Shown here piece after piece: positions 1 through 9,707 of a stretch of 64,000 nt of DNA (within the stretch, counting starts at the first letter, position 1; every line of letters starts with the position of its first letter). A program made the translations under genes and the position numbers. The notes under the pieces were generated by a model. The model did not search any database, was not told the origin of the DNA, and was given only the letters and a program-made list of their open reading frames with translations. The DNA comes from Planctomycetota bacterium (lineage in GTDB: Bacteria; Planctomycetota; GCA-002687715; DRQF01), in contig JAZGFI010000170.1 in the NCBI GenBank assembly GCA_036479435.1, positions 1 to 64,000 of the forward strand. Reading direction: 5' to 3'.

Positions 1-1
1 G

Positions 2-1222
2 AATCACCCCTCAGACGGTCCCGATGTCGATCTTCGCTTGCGCTTGGAGGCCGATGAACTGGTCGTGACGGTCATCGTCAATCTTGCCTTCTGCGACGAG
101 TTTTTGGACTTGGCGCGCGAGGATGAGGAGTTCTTGGCGGAGGAGGAGAAAGCCTCGCTCTACGAGGCTCTTGGCGAAATCATCGCTGAGAAGATGCGGG
201 TCGCGACCGATGGGATTGCCGTGGACGCGGTCAAGCGCGAGTTCGAAGCCTTGCCGATTGAGCTGAGTGTGTTGTCGCAGTTTCCAAAATTTGGGATGCG
301 GGCGATCACCCGGGTACGCGCTCGATTCGTCTACTCCTTGAAAGCGGCTCCGCGCTCGGTGGGGCTGTCGTGGAATCTATACCCAGAAAACCTCGCCATT
401 GGCGAGCGGGGCGTCGTGCCCTTGCTTGAAATCAAATCTGAATGGTTGATGTACGGCGAGTCTGTCCTCGTTGACTTTAAGCCTGGAGAGCCGGAACACA
501 CTTGGCATGGCGAAGGCAAGGCGATGGCCCGAAGACTTGCGGCAGTAAGTGATGTGCTCGTGCCGGTGGAGTTGGGAAATGGCGGGCCGAGCAGTCCCTG
601 GATTTTGCCCTTGGTCATTGTTGGCGGGCTCATCGTCGCTGGGGCTTGTCTGTTCGCGGGGATGCGGCGACGGTCTGTCGTGGTGGCGGGAGTTGCTGTC
701 TTTGTTCTGGCCGCAGGTTTTTGGTGGCAAGAAAGGGGAAGCGGAGATTCGCCATTCGCTTCGGAGGCTCCAAATGGCGCCAAGGCTCTCGCGATCTTTG
801 AGCCACTACATGCCAACATCTACCGCGCCTTCGATTTTTCGCGCGAGGAAGAGGTTTACGACGCTCTCGCGCGCAGCATCGCCGGTGAACATCTCGACGA
901 GATTTACAATCAAGTTTACCGCGGCCTTGTTCTGCAAGACCAAGGTGGCGCCGTCAGCCGGATTCAGTCGGTTGACATGATCGAACTAAAAGACGAAGCC
1001 CAATCTGAGGCGCAGGCGAAGGGGCGCATCGCGTTTGCCGTTGTTGCCAAGTGGCGCGTCAAGGGCCGCGTGTTCCATTGGGGGCATACCCACTGGCGTA
1101 CGAACGAGTATCAGGCGCGCTATGTCGTGGCCCAAAAAGGTGAGGCCTGGAAGATCATTGAAAGCAAAGTCCTCGGTCAGCGCCGGATTGCGCTGGACGG
1201 TGACGATCCAGTCGATGACTAA
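2..1222 (+). CDS. 5'-truncated membrane protein of unknown function with a C-terminal FHWGHTH motif; first visible gene of an ABC-transporter operon
   Basis: The frame is open from the window edge. It has two hydrophobic helices (PWILPLVIVGGLIVAGACLF, VVVAGVAVFVLAAGFWW) and a C-terminal VFHWGHTHWRTNEY, and it abuts the ABC ATPase. Confidence 0.75.
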   Translation, partial: NHPSDGPDVDLRLRLEADELVVTVIVNLAFCDEFLDLAREDEEFLAEEEKASLYEALGEIIAEKMRVATDGIAVDAVKREFEALPIELSVLSQFPKFGMRAITRVRARFVYSLKAAPRSVGLSWNLYPENLAIGERGVVPLLEIKSEWLMYGESVLVDFKPGEPEHTWHGEGKAMARRLAAVSDVLVPVELGNGGPSSPWILPLVIVGGLIVAGACLFAGMRRRSVVVAGVAVFVLAAGFWWQERGSGDSPFASEAPNGAKALAIFEPLHANIYRAFDFSREEEVYDALARSIAGEHLDEIYNQVYRGLVLQDQGGAVSRIQSVDMIELKDEAQSEAQAKGRIAFAVVAKWRVKGRVFHWGHTHWRTNEYQARYVVAQKGEAWKIIESKVLGQRRIALDGDDPVDD

Positions 1223-1274
1223 GGCGGCGACCTAGACGATGACTAAGGCGGCGACCTAGACGATGACTAAGGCG
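1213..1274 (+). repeat. 24-bp tandem repeat, about 2.6 copies (CGATGACTAAGGCGGCGACCTAGA)
   Basis: Exact copies at 1213-1236 and 1237-1260, plus a partial copy at 1261-1274. Confidence 0.95.
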
Positions 1275-1940
1275 ATGATCGAACTGAATGACGTTGCTTT
1301 TGGCTACGGCGATGAATTTTCGCTCGCAGTTCCGAAGCTGCAGGTCAATCGTGGCGAAAAAGTCGCCTGTATCGGCCCGAGCGGCACCGGTAAGACCACG
1401 CTTATCAATCTGATGACGGGGATCTTGCAGCCCGACCAGGGCGAAGTTCGCCTCGATGGCGTTGACATCCAAAAACTTGGTGAAGACGCGAGACGCAGAA
1501 TCCGGATTCAAACCGTGGGCATGGTCTTTCAGCAGTTCGAGCTGCTTGAGTACCTCAGTGCCCTTGAGAATATCCTGTTGCCCTATCACCTGAACCCAGC
1601 GCTCAAACTAGATGCGGCCGCCAAAGCGCGCGCCCGCAAAATCGCGCAAGACATGGGCATCTCGCGGATCTTGAATCGAAAACCAAGACAGCTTTCGCAA
1701 GGCGAGCGCCAACGGGTGGCGATCTCAAGAGCACTGGTTACGGAACCTGCGCTTTTAATCGCAGATGAACCGACCGGGAACCTTGATCCCGAAAACTCGG
1801 ATACGATTTTAGATCTTCTGTTCGCACCTTGCGAGGAGCGCGGCGCGACCCTGTTGGTGGTGACTCATGACCATGGGCTTTTGCCGCGCTTTGATCGCGT
1901 GATTGACATCATGGCCATGGCTGAGGTTGCCCAGGCATGA
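1263..1940 (+). CDS. ABC transporter ATP-binding protein (LolD/MacB-type)
   Basis: Walker A GPSGTGKT, Q-loop VFQQF, signature LSQGERQRVAI, Walker B LIADEPTGNLD, H-loop VTHD. Confidence 0.95.
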   Translation: MTKAMIELNDVAFGYGDEFSLAVPKLQVNRGEKVACIGPSGTGKTTLINLMTGILQPDQGEVRLDGVDIQKLGEDARRRIRIQTVGMVFQQFELLEYLSALENILLPYHLNPALKLDAAAKARARKIAQDMGISRILNRKPRQLSQGERQRVAISRALVTEPALLIADEPTGNLDPENSDTILDLLFAPCEERGATLLVVTHDHGLLPRFDRVIDIMAMAEVAQA

Positions 1941-3103
1941 GAGGAGTGTTGCTGCTCTCTTGGAAACATCTTTGTTTTCATCGCGCCCGGTCGCTTATTC
2001 TGATCGCCAGCATTGCCGTTTCGTTCTTTTTGCCGCTATTGACGCGGGCTTTGGTGGAGCGCTACCAAACCGTGCTGCGCTCGCGCGCCAAGGAGAGCCC
2101 TCTGGTCGCCGGAGCCAAGGGCAATCGCTTTGATCTCACCCTAGCCACGCTTTACTTTCGCGATAGCGAGCTCGAGACGATCCCTTTTTCCGAATACGAA
2201 AAGATTCGCGACGCCGGCTTTGGCGTCGCCATCCCCCTTAACTTGCGCTTTAAGGCCCGAGGGTATCCCATCGTCGCATGCGGCGCGGAGTATTTCGAAA
2301 AGCGTGGCCTCGGCTGTGATCGCGGCCATCTGCCGTTTCGGATCGGGCAGTGTGTGCTCGGTGCGACGGTAGCGGAAGACTTGGATTTGGGGCCGGGAGA
2401 CTATTTGTTTTCGGACCAACCCGAGCTCTACGACATCACGAAGCCACCGGCGCTCAAGATGAGCGTTCTTGGGACTTTGGCACGAAGCGGCGGGCCGGAC
2501 GACGGGGCGGTCTTTGTCGGTATCAAGACCGCCTGGATCTTGGAGGGGATCGCGCACGGCCACCGCGGCGATGAGGAGATCGACCCCAAGCTGATTCTCA
2601 GCGAAGACGACAACAATGTCGCCATTAGTGCTGCGATGGTCGAGCACAACGAAGTTACCGACGAGAATATCGCCTCCTTCCACTACCACGGATCGACGGA
2701 AGGTCTGCCTCTAAGCTCGGTGTTGGTGTTCCCGCGGGACGAGAAGTCACGGACCTTGGTGAAGGCGCGGCTCAACGCATCGCGCTTGTATCAGATGGTG
2801 GTGCCGACAGACGTCGTGGAAGACCTGTTGTCATTCGTGTTCAAGATCAAAGCGCTGCTGGATTTGGTGGCGGCGATCTTAGCCGCGACCACCTTGTTGT
2901 TGATCGTACTCGTTCTCATGCTTTCACTGAAGATGCGTGCCCGTGAGATTGAAGCCTTGAATCGGATCGGCTGCAGTCGCTTTCGGGTGCTGCAGCTCTA
3001 CGCCGTTGAGATCGCAATCTTGGTGGCGGCCTCGGCGGCCCTTGCCGCTGCGGCCATGATGCTCACTCTCAGTTTCCTGCCCGACCTCACCCGGGCGCTC
3101 TGA
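1937..3103 (+). CDS. FtsX/MacB-family ABC permease
   Basis: ATGA overlap with the ATPase. N-terminal TM, a large periplasmic loop, and C-terminal TMs with the FtsX-like motif RAREIEALNRIGCSR. Confidence 0.85.
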   Translation: MRGVLLLSWKHLCFHRARSLILIASIAVSFFLPLLTRALVERYQTVLRSRAKESPLVAGAKGNRFDLTLATLYFRDSELETIPFSEYEKIRDAGFGVAIPLNLRFKARGYPIVACGAEYFEKRGLGCDRGHLPFRIGQCVLGATVAEDLDLGPGDYLFSDQPELYDITKPPALKMSVLGTLARSGGPDDGAVFVGIKTAWILEGIAHGHRGDEEIDPKLILSEDDNNVAISAAMVEHNEVTDENIASFHYHGSTEGLPLSSVLVFPRDEKSRTLVKARLNASRLYQMVVPTDVVEDLLSFVFKIKALLDLVAAILAATTLLLIVLVLMLSLKMRAREIEALNRIGCSRFRVLQLYAVEIAILVAASAALAAAAMMLTLSFLPDLTRAL

Positions 3104-3114
3104 TTTTTCTGACG

Positions 3115-4674
3115 CTATTTCAAAAACGCGGCGACGAGGGCGACCACGGGGGCGGCGGTCGGCTTGCCATGTTGCCAATCGCCGTCGCCGACGAAACTGC
3201 CGCCGATATCGATGTGCGTGTAGGGCAAAGCACCGTCACTGTCTGCACCGTGGCGATCTAAGCCCGAAGCAATAGCGAGGAATGCCATCGGAAACTGGTG
3301 GCCGCGGCTCGTCATGGTTGAAGGGGCGTTGTTGCAAGAAAGAATGTCGTCGGCCGTCGTGCGCGGGCGGACGAAAGCCCAGTCTTCACGGCGCAGCCGG
3401 GAAATGTCAAAGGCGTCTCCCCACAAATCACCCACTCGCGACAAGGTCTCAGAAATCCCCAAGTCGCGTGCGGGTCGGTTGTCGAGTGCAATGCTGTACT
3501 CACCGACCGCGCGACCGGAGTGCCCAGTGAGAGTCGCTACCGATAAAACGCGGGCGTTCTCGCAGCGGGCCGCTTCTTCTCGTAAGTGCGAAAGGAGATC
3601 GGCCAAAACCAGACGGCCTTCGGCGTCGGTGTTGCCGATGCGAACGCGGCAACCGGCGTGGCTGGTGATAATCTCGTCCGACACGAAACAATCGGCGCCA
3701 ATGCTGTTGCGAACGCAGCCAATTTCGGCCACGACGGCAAGATTGTCGGGTGCAAGCTCAGCGATGGTTCGCATGAAGCCCGCGACCGAAGCCCCGCCGC
3801 CTTTATCGCGGCTCATGCCCGCCATGTGGCCGCCAGCCTTGATGTCGGCACCACCAGTGTCGTAGCTCAGGCCCTTGCCGGCGAAAAAGAGCGTTTGCGT
3901 CGGCTTGGCATTCGGCTCGTAGCGCAGCCGGACGATGCGCGGATGATGCCGGGGCACCGAGAAAGACGCGCGGGCCACGGCCGACAGCAGGGGATAGTCG
4001 CGCTGAATGAGTTCGATGTCGTCCAGGACTTCGACGCTGACCTTGGTGCCCGCGAAGGCCTCCAAACAAAATTCAGCCATGCGCGGCGGTGACATGCGCT
4101 CGGGCTCGCTGCCTCCCATGTCGCGGGATAGTCGTCGGCCTAGCTCCAAGGCCTTCACGAAAGCGACTTTTTCCTCGAGCCGCTCAACCGGGGCGGCAAA
4201 GCCGATCGTCTCCACTGGCTCCATGTTGTCTTCGCCGTGCGCCTCGCGCGCTTCGAGCGGTTGCCAAAGGCCGTGTAGCGCACCGAGGAGGCAGACCTCA
4301 GCTCCGTGTTCAAAAAGAGGGTCGGCGGGAAAACCGGCCACGATCAGCAGCGGTCGTGTCGATCCCGCATCGCGAGCACGTTGGGCCCCGGCGCCAGCCG
4401 CATCGGCGAAGCAACGCGCATCGTCTTGGTCGCGCGTTACCGGTCCCGTCGGAGAAAAAATGAGGCGCTGACCGGCGAGTTCCGGGGCGGGATAAAGGGC
4501 GAGTTGGGTTCCGCCTTGCTTGTCAATGGCTGCCGCCTGAGCCAGCAGGGTCGCGATGGGATGGATCGCATCAAAGGCACCTTTGGGCCCAACGGCGATG
4601 ACCGCATCGTAAGGCCCGGAAGACGAAAGGGCGGTGTCGAGGTTTGTGACGGCTTCGAGGCGAGGTATGGCCAT
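3115..4674 (-). CDS. M17-family leucyl aminopeptidase
   Basis: GKGLSYDTGG, MSRDKGG and the NTDAEGRL signature. Start placed at MAIPRL, after a GGAG RBS. Confidence 0.92.
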   Translation of the reverse strand: MAIPRLEAVTNLDTALSSSGPYDAVIAVGPKGAFDAIHPIATLLAQAAAIDKQGGTQLALYPAPELAGQRLIFSPTGPVTRDQDDARCFADAAGAGAQRARDAGSTRPLLIVAGFPADPLFEHGAEVCLLGALHGLWQPLEAREAHGEDNMEPVETIGFAAPVERLEEKVAFVKALELGRRLSRDMGGSEPERMSPPRMAEFCLEAFAGTKVSVEVLDDIELIQRDYPLLSAVARASFSVPRHHPRIVRLRYEPNAKPTQTLFFAGKGLSYDTGGADIKAGGHMAGMSRDKGGGASVAGFMRTIAELAPDNLAVVAEIGCVRNSIGADCFVSDEIITSHAGCRVRIGNTDAEGRLVLADLLSHLREEAARCENARVLSVATLTGHSGRAVGEYSIALDNRPARDLGISETLSRVGDLWGDAFDISRLRREDWAFVRPRTTADDILSCNNAPSTMTSRGHQFPMAFLAIASGLDRHGADSDGALPYTHIDIGGSFVGDGDWQHGKPTAAPVVALVAAFLK

Positions 4675-4802
4675 GCCATTCTCCGTTGATGATGGGGACT
4701 CCTGTGGTTTTATACCGGACGGTCCTCGGGCACAATCGCCGAGGTCTTGATCCTCGATTAAGATGGGGGAGTCCGACAACAGAACAGAATAGGAATCCAA
4801 AG

Positions 4803-5636
4803 ATGGACGGCCCTCGACGCATCGTCTGCATGACCGAAGAAACCACTGAAGCCCTTTACGCCATGGGTGAGGAGGATCGCATTGTCGGTATTTCGGCCTT
4901 CACGAAACGCCCGCCTCGAGCCCGCGACGAAAAGCCTGTGGTGAGTCAATTCATCAAGGCCGACGTCGAAAAAATCAAGGCGGTCAAGCCAGACCTCGTG
5001 CTCGGCTTCTCAGATCTTCAAGCTGATATCTGCGCGGACCTGATACGCGAAGGGCTTGATGTCTATTGTTTCAATCAAAGATCGTTAGCCGGCGCCTTGC
5101 GCATGGTGCGGACTTTGGGACGTCTCATCGACGAGAAGGAAAAAGGAGAGGCCTTGGCCGCGAGCTACGAATCGGGACTAAGAGCAGCAAAGGCGCGTGG
5201 AGCCGCGTTGAAAGTTCATCCACGCATCTACTTCGAAGAGTGGCCGGACCCGATTATCACTGGAATCCGTTGGGTGGGTGAGCTCATTGAGATAGCGGGC
5301 GGCGTGGATTGCTTTGCGCAATTGCGCGACAAGGCCCTCGCCAAAGACCGCATCGTCGACGTCGCCGCCGTCATGGCATCGGAGCCGGACCTGTATCTCG
5401 CCTCTTGGTGCGGAAAGAAGTTTCGCGAAAAAGAGGCCTTTGCCCGTGAGGGTTTTGGTAACGATCAGCTCCGCCAACCCGGCCGGACCGTCGAGATCGA
5501 CTCGGCCATTATCTTGGCGCCAGGCCCCGCTGCCTTGACCGATGGCCTGGCGGCCCTTGAATCCGAAATCCACCGGGTAGCGAGAGAGATGGAGGGTTGT
5601 GAGTCAAAAGGCGGACCTGGCAAAGGCGGGTGCTAA
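4803..5636 (+). CDS. BtuF-like cobalamin/Fe-siderophore-binding family protein, no signal peptide
   Basis: PRRIVCMTEETTEALYAMG, KPDLVLGFSDLQ, YFEEWPDP, WCGKKF. Confidence 0.85.
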   Translation: MDGPRRIVCMTEETTEALYAMGEEDRIVGISAFTKRPPRARDEKPVVSQFIKADVEKIKAVKPDLVLGFSDLQADICADLIREGLDVYCFNQRSLAGALRMVRTLGRLIDEKEKGEALAASYESGLRAAKARGAALKVHPRIYFEEWPDPIITGIRWVGELIEIAGGVDCFAQLRDKALAKDRIVDVAAVMASEPDLYLASWCGKKFREKEAFAREGFGNDQLRQPGRTVEIDSAIILAPGPAALTDGLAALESEIHRVAREMEGCESKGGPGKGGC

Positions 5637-5715
5637 GACGGTAAAGGGCGGTGAAAAGCGTATCCCAGTCGGGCCAACTTGGCTATACTCCGGCAAAGTT
5701 ATAGCGGGGTCTGTC

Positions 5716-6291
5716 TTGAGCGACGATAAGAACGACACCGTCATTCAGCTCCTTGCCCGTGCCCGGGCTGGCGATGCCGAGGCATCGAGTGAGCTATTGC
5801 CGGTTATTTACGATGAACTGCGGTCTTTGGCGGGCGGAATTTTTCGCAGCCAGAATCCAGGTCACACTTTGCAGCCGACGGTGCTGGTTCACGATGCCTT
5901 CGTGCGCCTGGTCGATAGCGATGTGGAATTGAACGGGGCACGGCATTTTTACGCCTTGGCCGCCAAGGCCATGCGCCAGATCCTGACGGATCACGCCCGA
6001 AAAAAGCAGGCCCAAAAGCGCGGCGGTGAATGGGACAAAGTGACCATCAGCGATCAGTCGGCCCTCGGTACCTCCGATGAGGTCGACATCCTCGTCCTGG
6101 AAGAGGCGCTTGAGGACCTCGCCAAACTTAACCCACGGCACGCTCAATTGGTCGAGTTGCGTTTTTTCGGTGGCCTCACCATTGATGAAGCAGCGGAAGA
6201 ACTTGGCGTGTCGCGCCAGACTGCGGTCAATGATTGGACTGTGGCGAGAAGTTGGCTGAAAAAAGAGATGTGTCGCGACGAAGACCTGTGA
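5716..6291 (+). CDS. ECF sigma factor of the Planctomycete kinase-associated type
   Basis: YDELRSLA, HTLQPTVLVHDAFVRL, AMRQILTDHAR, KRGG, VELRFFGGLT, region-4 HTH. The TTG start is inferred. Confidence 0.92.
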   Translation: MSDDKNDTVIQLLARARAGDAEASSELLPVIYDELRSLAGGIFRSQNPGHTLQPTVLVHDAFVRLVDSDVELNGARHFYALAAKAMRQILTDHARKKQAQKRGGEWDKVTISDQSALGTSDEVDILVLEEALEDLAKLNPRHAQLVELRFFGGLTIDEAAEELGVSRQTAVNDWTVARSWLKKEMCRDEDL

Positions 6292-7421
6292 ATCCCGAAC
6301 GCTATCAACGGGTCCAAGAGCTGTTTCTCGCAGCACTTGATCATAGGGCTGAGGACCAGGGCGCTTTTGTCCGCGCCGCAGAAGATGATGAGGCCATTGC
6401 GAATGAAGTCGTCGAGATGCTCAAACATCATGACGACGAGGGCGTTCTCAGCGAAGAGAGCATTGGCCTCAATCGGCGAATCGTAACCGATGCCTTCAAC
6501 AACTCGGTTGACACAAGCTCGACGCCGGTTGCCCGAGTCTTCGGTGATCTCAGTCTCGACCCCACGTTACTTCCAGAGCAAATCGGTGGGTATCGCATTG
6601 ACGATATTTTAGGGGAGGGCGGCAGTGGCGTCGTGTTTCGATCTACCGCGCCGAGTGGGCAGCAGATCGCGCTCAAGGTACTGCGTGCGACTGACCTTGA
6701 CTCCCAGGCCCAGAAGCGGTTTCGCCGCGAAATTCGAATCCTCGAACACTTGGATCACCCGGGGATCGTTAAAGTAATAGACTCGGGTGTTGACGAAACG
6801 AACGTCGGTATGGGCGTCACGCACTTACCTTGGCTGGCGATGGAACTTGTACAGGGAAAAGGACTGAGTGAATGGGCGACGCGGTGTCAACCAAGCCTTG
6901 AGGAATCGAGCCTTCTCATGGCCCGCGTGCTCGACGCCTTGGCTCACGCCCATGAGCAAAAGATCTACCACCGCGATCTCAAGCCGCAAAACCTTCTCAT
7001 TGGGGAAGACGGTTCACTTAAGGTGTTGGACTTTGGCGCGGCCGCTATTCGCCAGCTAGACGAAGGCGAGAACGACTCGGTCTTGACGGCGACGGGACAG
7101 ATCATTGGGACCATGGCCTACATGAGTCCGGAGCAAGTTGGCGGGAATTCAGGCGCCGTCGATGAGCAGGCCGATGTCTATGCAGTAGGGGCGATGCTTT
7201 ACGAATTGGCTTCTGGCCAAACTCCCTACGACCTTCGCCACCTCTCCTTCATAGCTTGTCTAAGGAAGCTCAGGCTTGAGGAACCGCCGCCGCTAAAAGA
7301 TCTTGTGCCCGATGCGCCAAGAGTTTTTGTCGACTTGGTCGAGCAGGCCCTCGCGAAAGAGCCGCAAGATCGGCCAGCCGGCGCGGCGGTCTTTGCCGAG
7401 GCATTGCGGCGACTTGCTTAG
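6288..7421 (+). CDS. Hanks-type Ser/Thr protein kinase, kinase domain only
   Basis: GTGA overlap with the ECF stop. GEGGSG, IALK, HRDLKPQN, DFG, YMSPEQ. The protein ends right after the kinase domain. Confidence 0.93.
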   Translation: MNPERYQRVQELFLAALDHRAEDQGAFVRAAEDDEAIANEVVEMLKHHDDEGVLSEESIGLNRRIVTDAFNNSVDTSSTPVARVFGDLSLDPTLLPEQIGGYRIDDILGEGGSGVVFRSTAPSGQQIALKVLRATDLDSQAQKRFRREIRILEHLDHPGIVKVIDSGVDETNVGMGVTHLPWLAMELVQGKGLSEWATRCQPSLEESSLLMARVLDALAHAHEQKIYHRDLKPQNLLIGEDGSLKVLDFGAAAIRQLDEGENDSVLTATGQIIGTMAYMSPEQVGGNSGAVDEQADVYAVGAMLYELASGQTPYDLRHLSFIACLRKLRLEEPPPLKDLVPDAPRVFVDLVEQALAKEPQDRPAGAAVFAEALRRLA

Positions 7422-7644
7422 TAGTGGTCTAGACCCAGCTTACGGCGATCACCTAATGACGACTCAAGCCATAGGGGGACTAAGGCTGATTTTGGTGGGT
7501 TAGGTGTTGGATATCGCGAAGCCAAACGCTATGAATCGAAGTACGAAGTGATGCTTCGCCTTGCAAAATGAGGTCGTAGTTGAGCCTTTGTCGTAGACCT
7601 TTTTTTTGATGCCTACCCAGCACTGAAACGGTGAAAGAGAATTC

Positions 7645-9504
7645 ATGAATCGATCCCTTGTCATTGTCCCGCTTATGGGACTCGCGCTCTTGTTTGCGCA
7701 AACCTGCTTCGCGCAGGCGAACGGAAGTTTTGAAACAGGCTTGGTCAACTGGACTGCAGTCCCGGCGGCTAACGTCACGATCAGCAGCACGGCCGACAGC
7801 CGTTTTCCAAGTGACGGTGCTCAATTCGCAGTGCTCAGATCTTCACAAACTGGCCCCGGTGTGCCGGGCTACGGCCCTCATCTTCCGGGCGCCGGTTCGG
7901 GGCAATCCGTGGTGTTGTCCAGAACGTTCACGCGGCCCACTGGTGTGAACTGTGAAGTTCAGATCGACTGGACACTCCTTAACAACGAAGGTTCCGGATC
8001 TTCCTTCAACGACTTCATCTCCATCGACATCATCGACGTTGCGTCCAACACCCTAGTCCAAAACATGGTGTTTGCAGACACCGGGTTCCTTGCTGGGACT
8101 CCGAACTACAACGGCGTGCCTGGTGCTGGCAACGGCGAAATAGCCTACGTCGACTCACAGTCGGCCATTTTTGGCAGCAGTTATTTCGAACCTTTGCCGC
8201 ACGGCTTTAAGCGAGCGCGCGCTGAACTGGGATTGTCAACGTTGGCCGGCCAAGCCCTTCGCATCGATGTGACCGTCGGAAATGGGAATGATGGTTCCTT
8301 TTCTAGTACTGTCTACGTCGACAATTTCAAAGTTCTTAGCGGCGGTTCCAACAGCGGTGCCGGCGCATTGCGAGTGTTGGGAGCCAGCAGCTCCGATGGC
8401 ACACAGTTTTCTGGTGATTCTGGTGGCGACAACGTCATGGATGGGCCGATTGACTTCACGATTCGTCCGGGCCAGCGTATTGCGCTACGCACCTCAGCAT
8501 CCTCAGGCGGCGTTGCCTTTGCAATCTTGACCGGTACGGTCCGCAATGACGGATCGGATTTCGGATTTGACGAGTTCAACCTGAACGTCAGTGCCGGTAT
8601 CAACACGCTCGTGGACGGCCTCAACCCCTCGAATCCTTTCGACGTCCTGTTCGGTACCCTCAACGAAGATTTTTCCTTCATCGAGGGGGCCTTGCCCATC
8701 ACGGCTCTTGCGGGTGAGTTTGGCATCATCGCCATTTTCGCCGATCCGACTTCGGCCACGGGCCTTGAAGGCACGGCAACCACGAGAGTTGAAGTGAAGA
8801 CCGACGTCGGCATTCCGCTCGGCAGCACGCAAGTGCTGGATTCCGGTGGCAGTCCTTTGAGTGACGACGACTTCGGGGCTGTGGATTTGACGGGCATGTC
8901 CGGCGGCGGATTCACTTTTTACGGGACCCTTTACACCGAGTGTTTTGTGGGATCGAACGGCTATGTCACCTTTGGCTCTGGAGATGCTGACTTTACAGCC
9001 TCGGTGACCGAGATGTACACCCAAGAGCCGCGGATTGCTCCGCTTTGGACGGACTTCAGCCCGAATACGACCACGAACGTCATCATCTCGTCGGAGGTGA
9101 CTTTGCGTACCACGACGATTTCTTGGGACGGACTTGCTGAATTCTCAAGCAGCGTCGAAGGGAATAGCTTTTCGGTACAGCTTCACAGCAACGGATCAAT
9201 CTCGATTGCCTGGGACCGTCTGACAGCAGACGTTGGAGTCGTTGGGATTTCGCCGGGGGGCCTTGCGGCGCCGACGGGTTTCCTACTGGATTCGACCGTT
9301 GGCTTCAGCGGCATCGGCCTGTTCAACGGAAATGACACGACCCTTGGGGACACGACACCCTTCTTCCAGGTTTTCGGATTGGCTTCGTCGTCGAATAACG
9401 ACACTGGCCCCAGCGACATCATGACTCTTGGCATCAACGGTCCCGCTCGACTGAGCTTTGTGCCCGATGGCACCGGGTATCGAGGATTCGCGGGAACTCG
9501 CTAA
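7645..9504 (+). CDS. Secreted multidomain protein (CBM-like N-terminus, shared module, NIDO-like domain), paralogue 1
   Basis: Signal peptide ending CFA-Q, then NGSFETG..W. Contains FTFYGTLYTECFVGSNGYVTFG and IAPLWTDF. Collinear with 9943-11808. Confidence 0.8.
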   Translation: MNRSLVIVPLMGLALLFAQTCFAQANGSFETGLVNWTAVPAANVTISSTADSRFPSDGAQFAVLRSSQTGPGVPGYGPHLPGAGSGQSVVLSRTFTRPTGVNCEVQIDWTLLNNEGSGSSFNDFISIDIIDVASNTLVQNMVFADTGFLAGTPNYNGVPGAGNGEIAYVDSQSAIFGSSYFEPLPHGFKRARAELGLSTLAGQALRIDVTVGNGNDGSFSSTVYVDNFKVLSGGSNSGAGALRVLGASSSDGTQFSGDSGGDNVMDGPIDFTIRPGQRIALRTSASSGGVAFAILTGTVRNDGSDFGFDEFNLNVSAGINTLVDGLNPSNPFDVLFGTLNEDFSFIEGALPITALAGEFGIIAIFADPTSATGLEGTATTRVEVKTDVGIPLGSTQVLDSGGSPLSDDDFGAVDLTGMSGGGFTFYGTLYTECFVGSNGYVTFGSGDADFTASVTEMYTQEPRIAPLWTDFSPNTTTNVIISSEVTLRTTTISWDGLAEFSSSVEGNSFSVQLHSNGSISIAWDRLTADVGVVGISPGGLAAPTGFLLDSTVGFSGIGLFNGNDTTLGDTTPFFQVFGLASSSNNDTGPSDIMTLGINGPARLSFVPDGTGYRGFAGTR

Positions 9505-9550
9505 CCTCGCTCCCGTTGGTCTGGGACCTGCCGAAAAATAATTCGGAAAC

Positions 9551-9688
9551 CGCTGATCGTGAACCTGAGGTTTTGCGTGAGGATCATAAGGGGGTGGCCC
9601 CTTTGATTGGCAGCTCGGAAATCCCGGTTCTTGAAATGAGCTGACCAGTACAAAAGACCTTCACTGGAATCGTTTCTTCGTCGCAGCG
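9551..9688 (+). ncRNA. Candidate structured RNA: long stem with a branched junction
   Basis: Nested pairings found by eye: CGCTG 9551/CAGCG 9684; GTGAGGATC 9577/GACCTTCAC 9656; AAGGGG/CCCCTT 9588-9603; ATTGG-CAGCTC 9606/GAGCTG-A-CCAGT 9638. A terminator follows. Confidence 0.35.
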
Positions 9689-9707
9689 CAGCTAGCTCGA
9701 AGGCATG

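Noticed and set aside
1213..1274. CRISPR array
   Set aside because: The repeats are directly adjacent with no spacers, and there are no cas genes.
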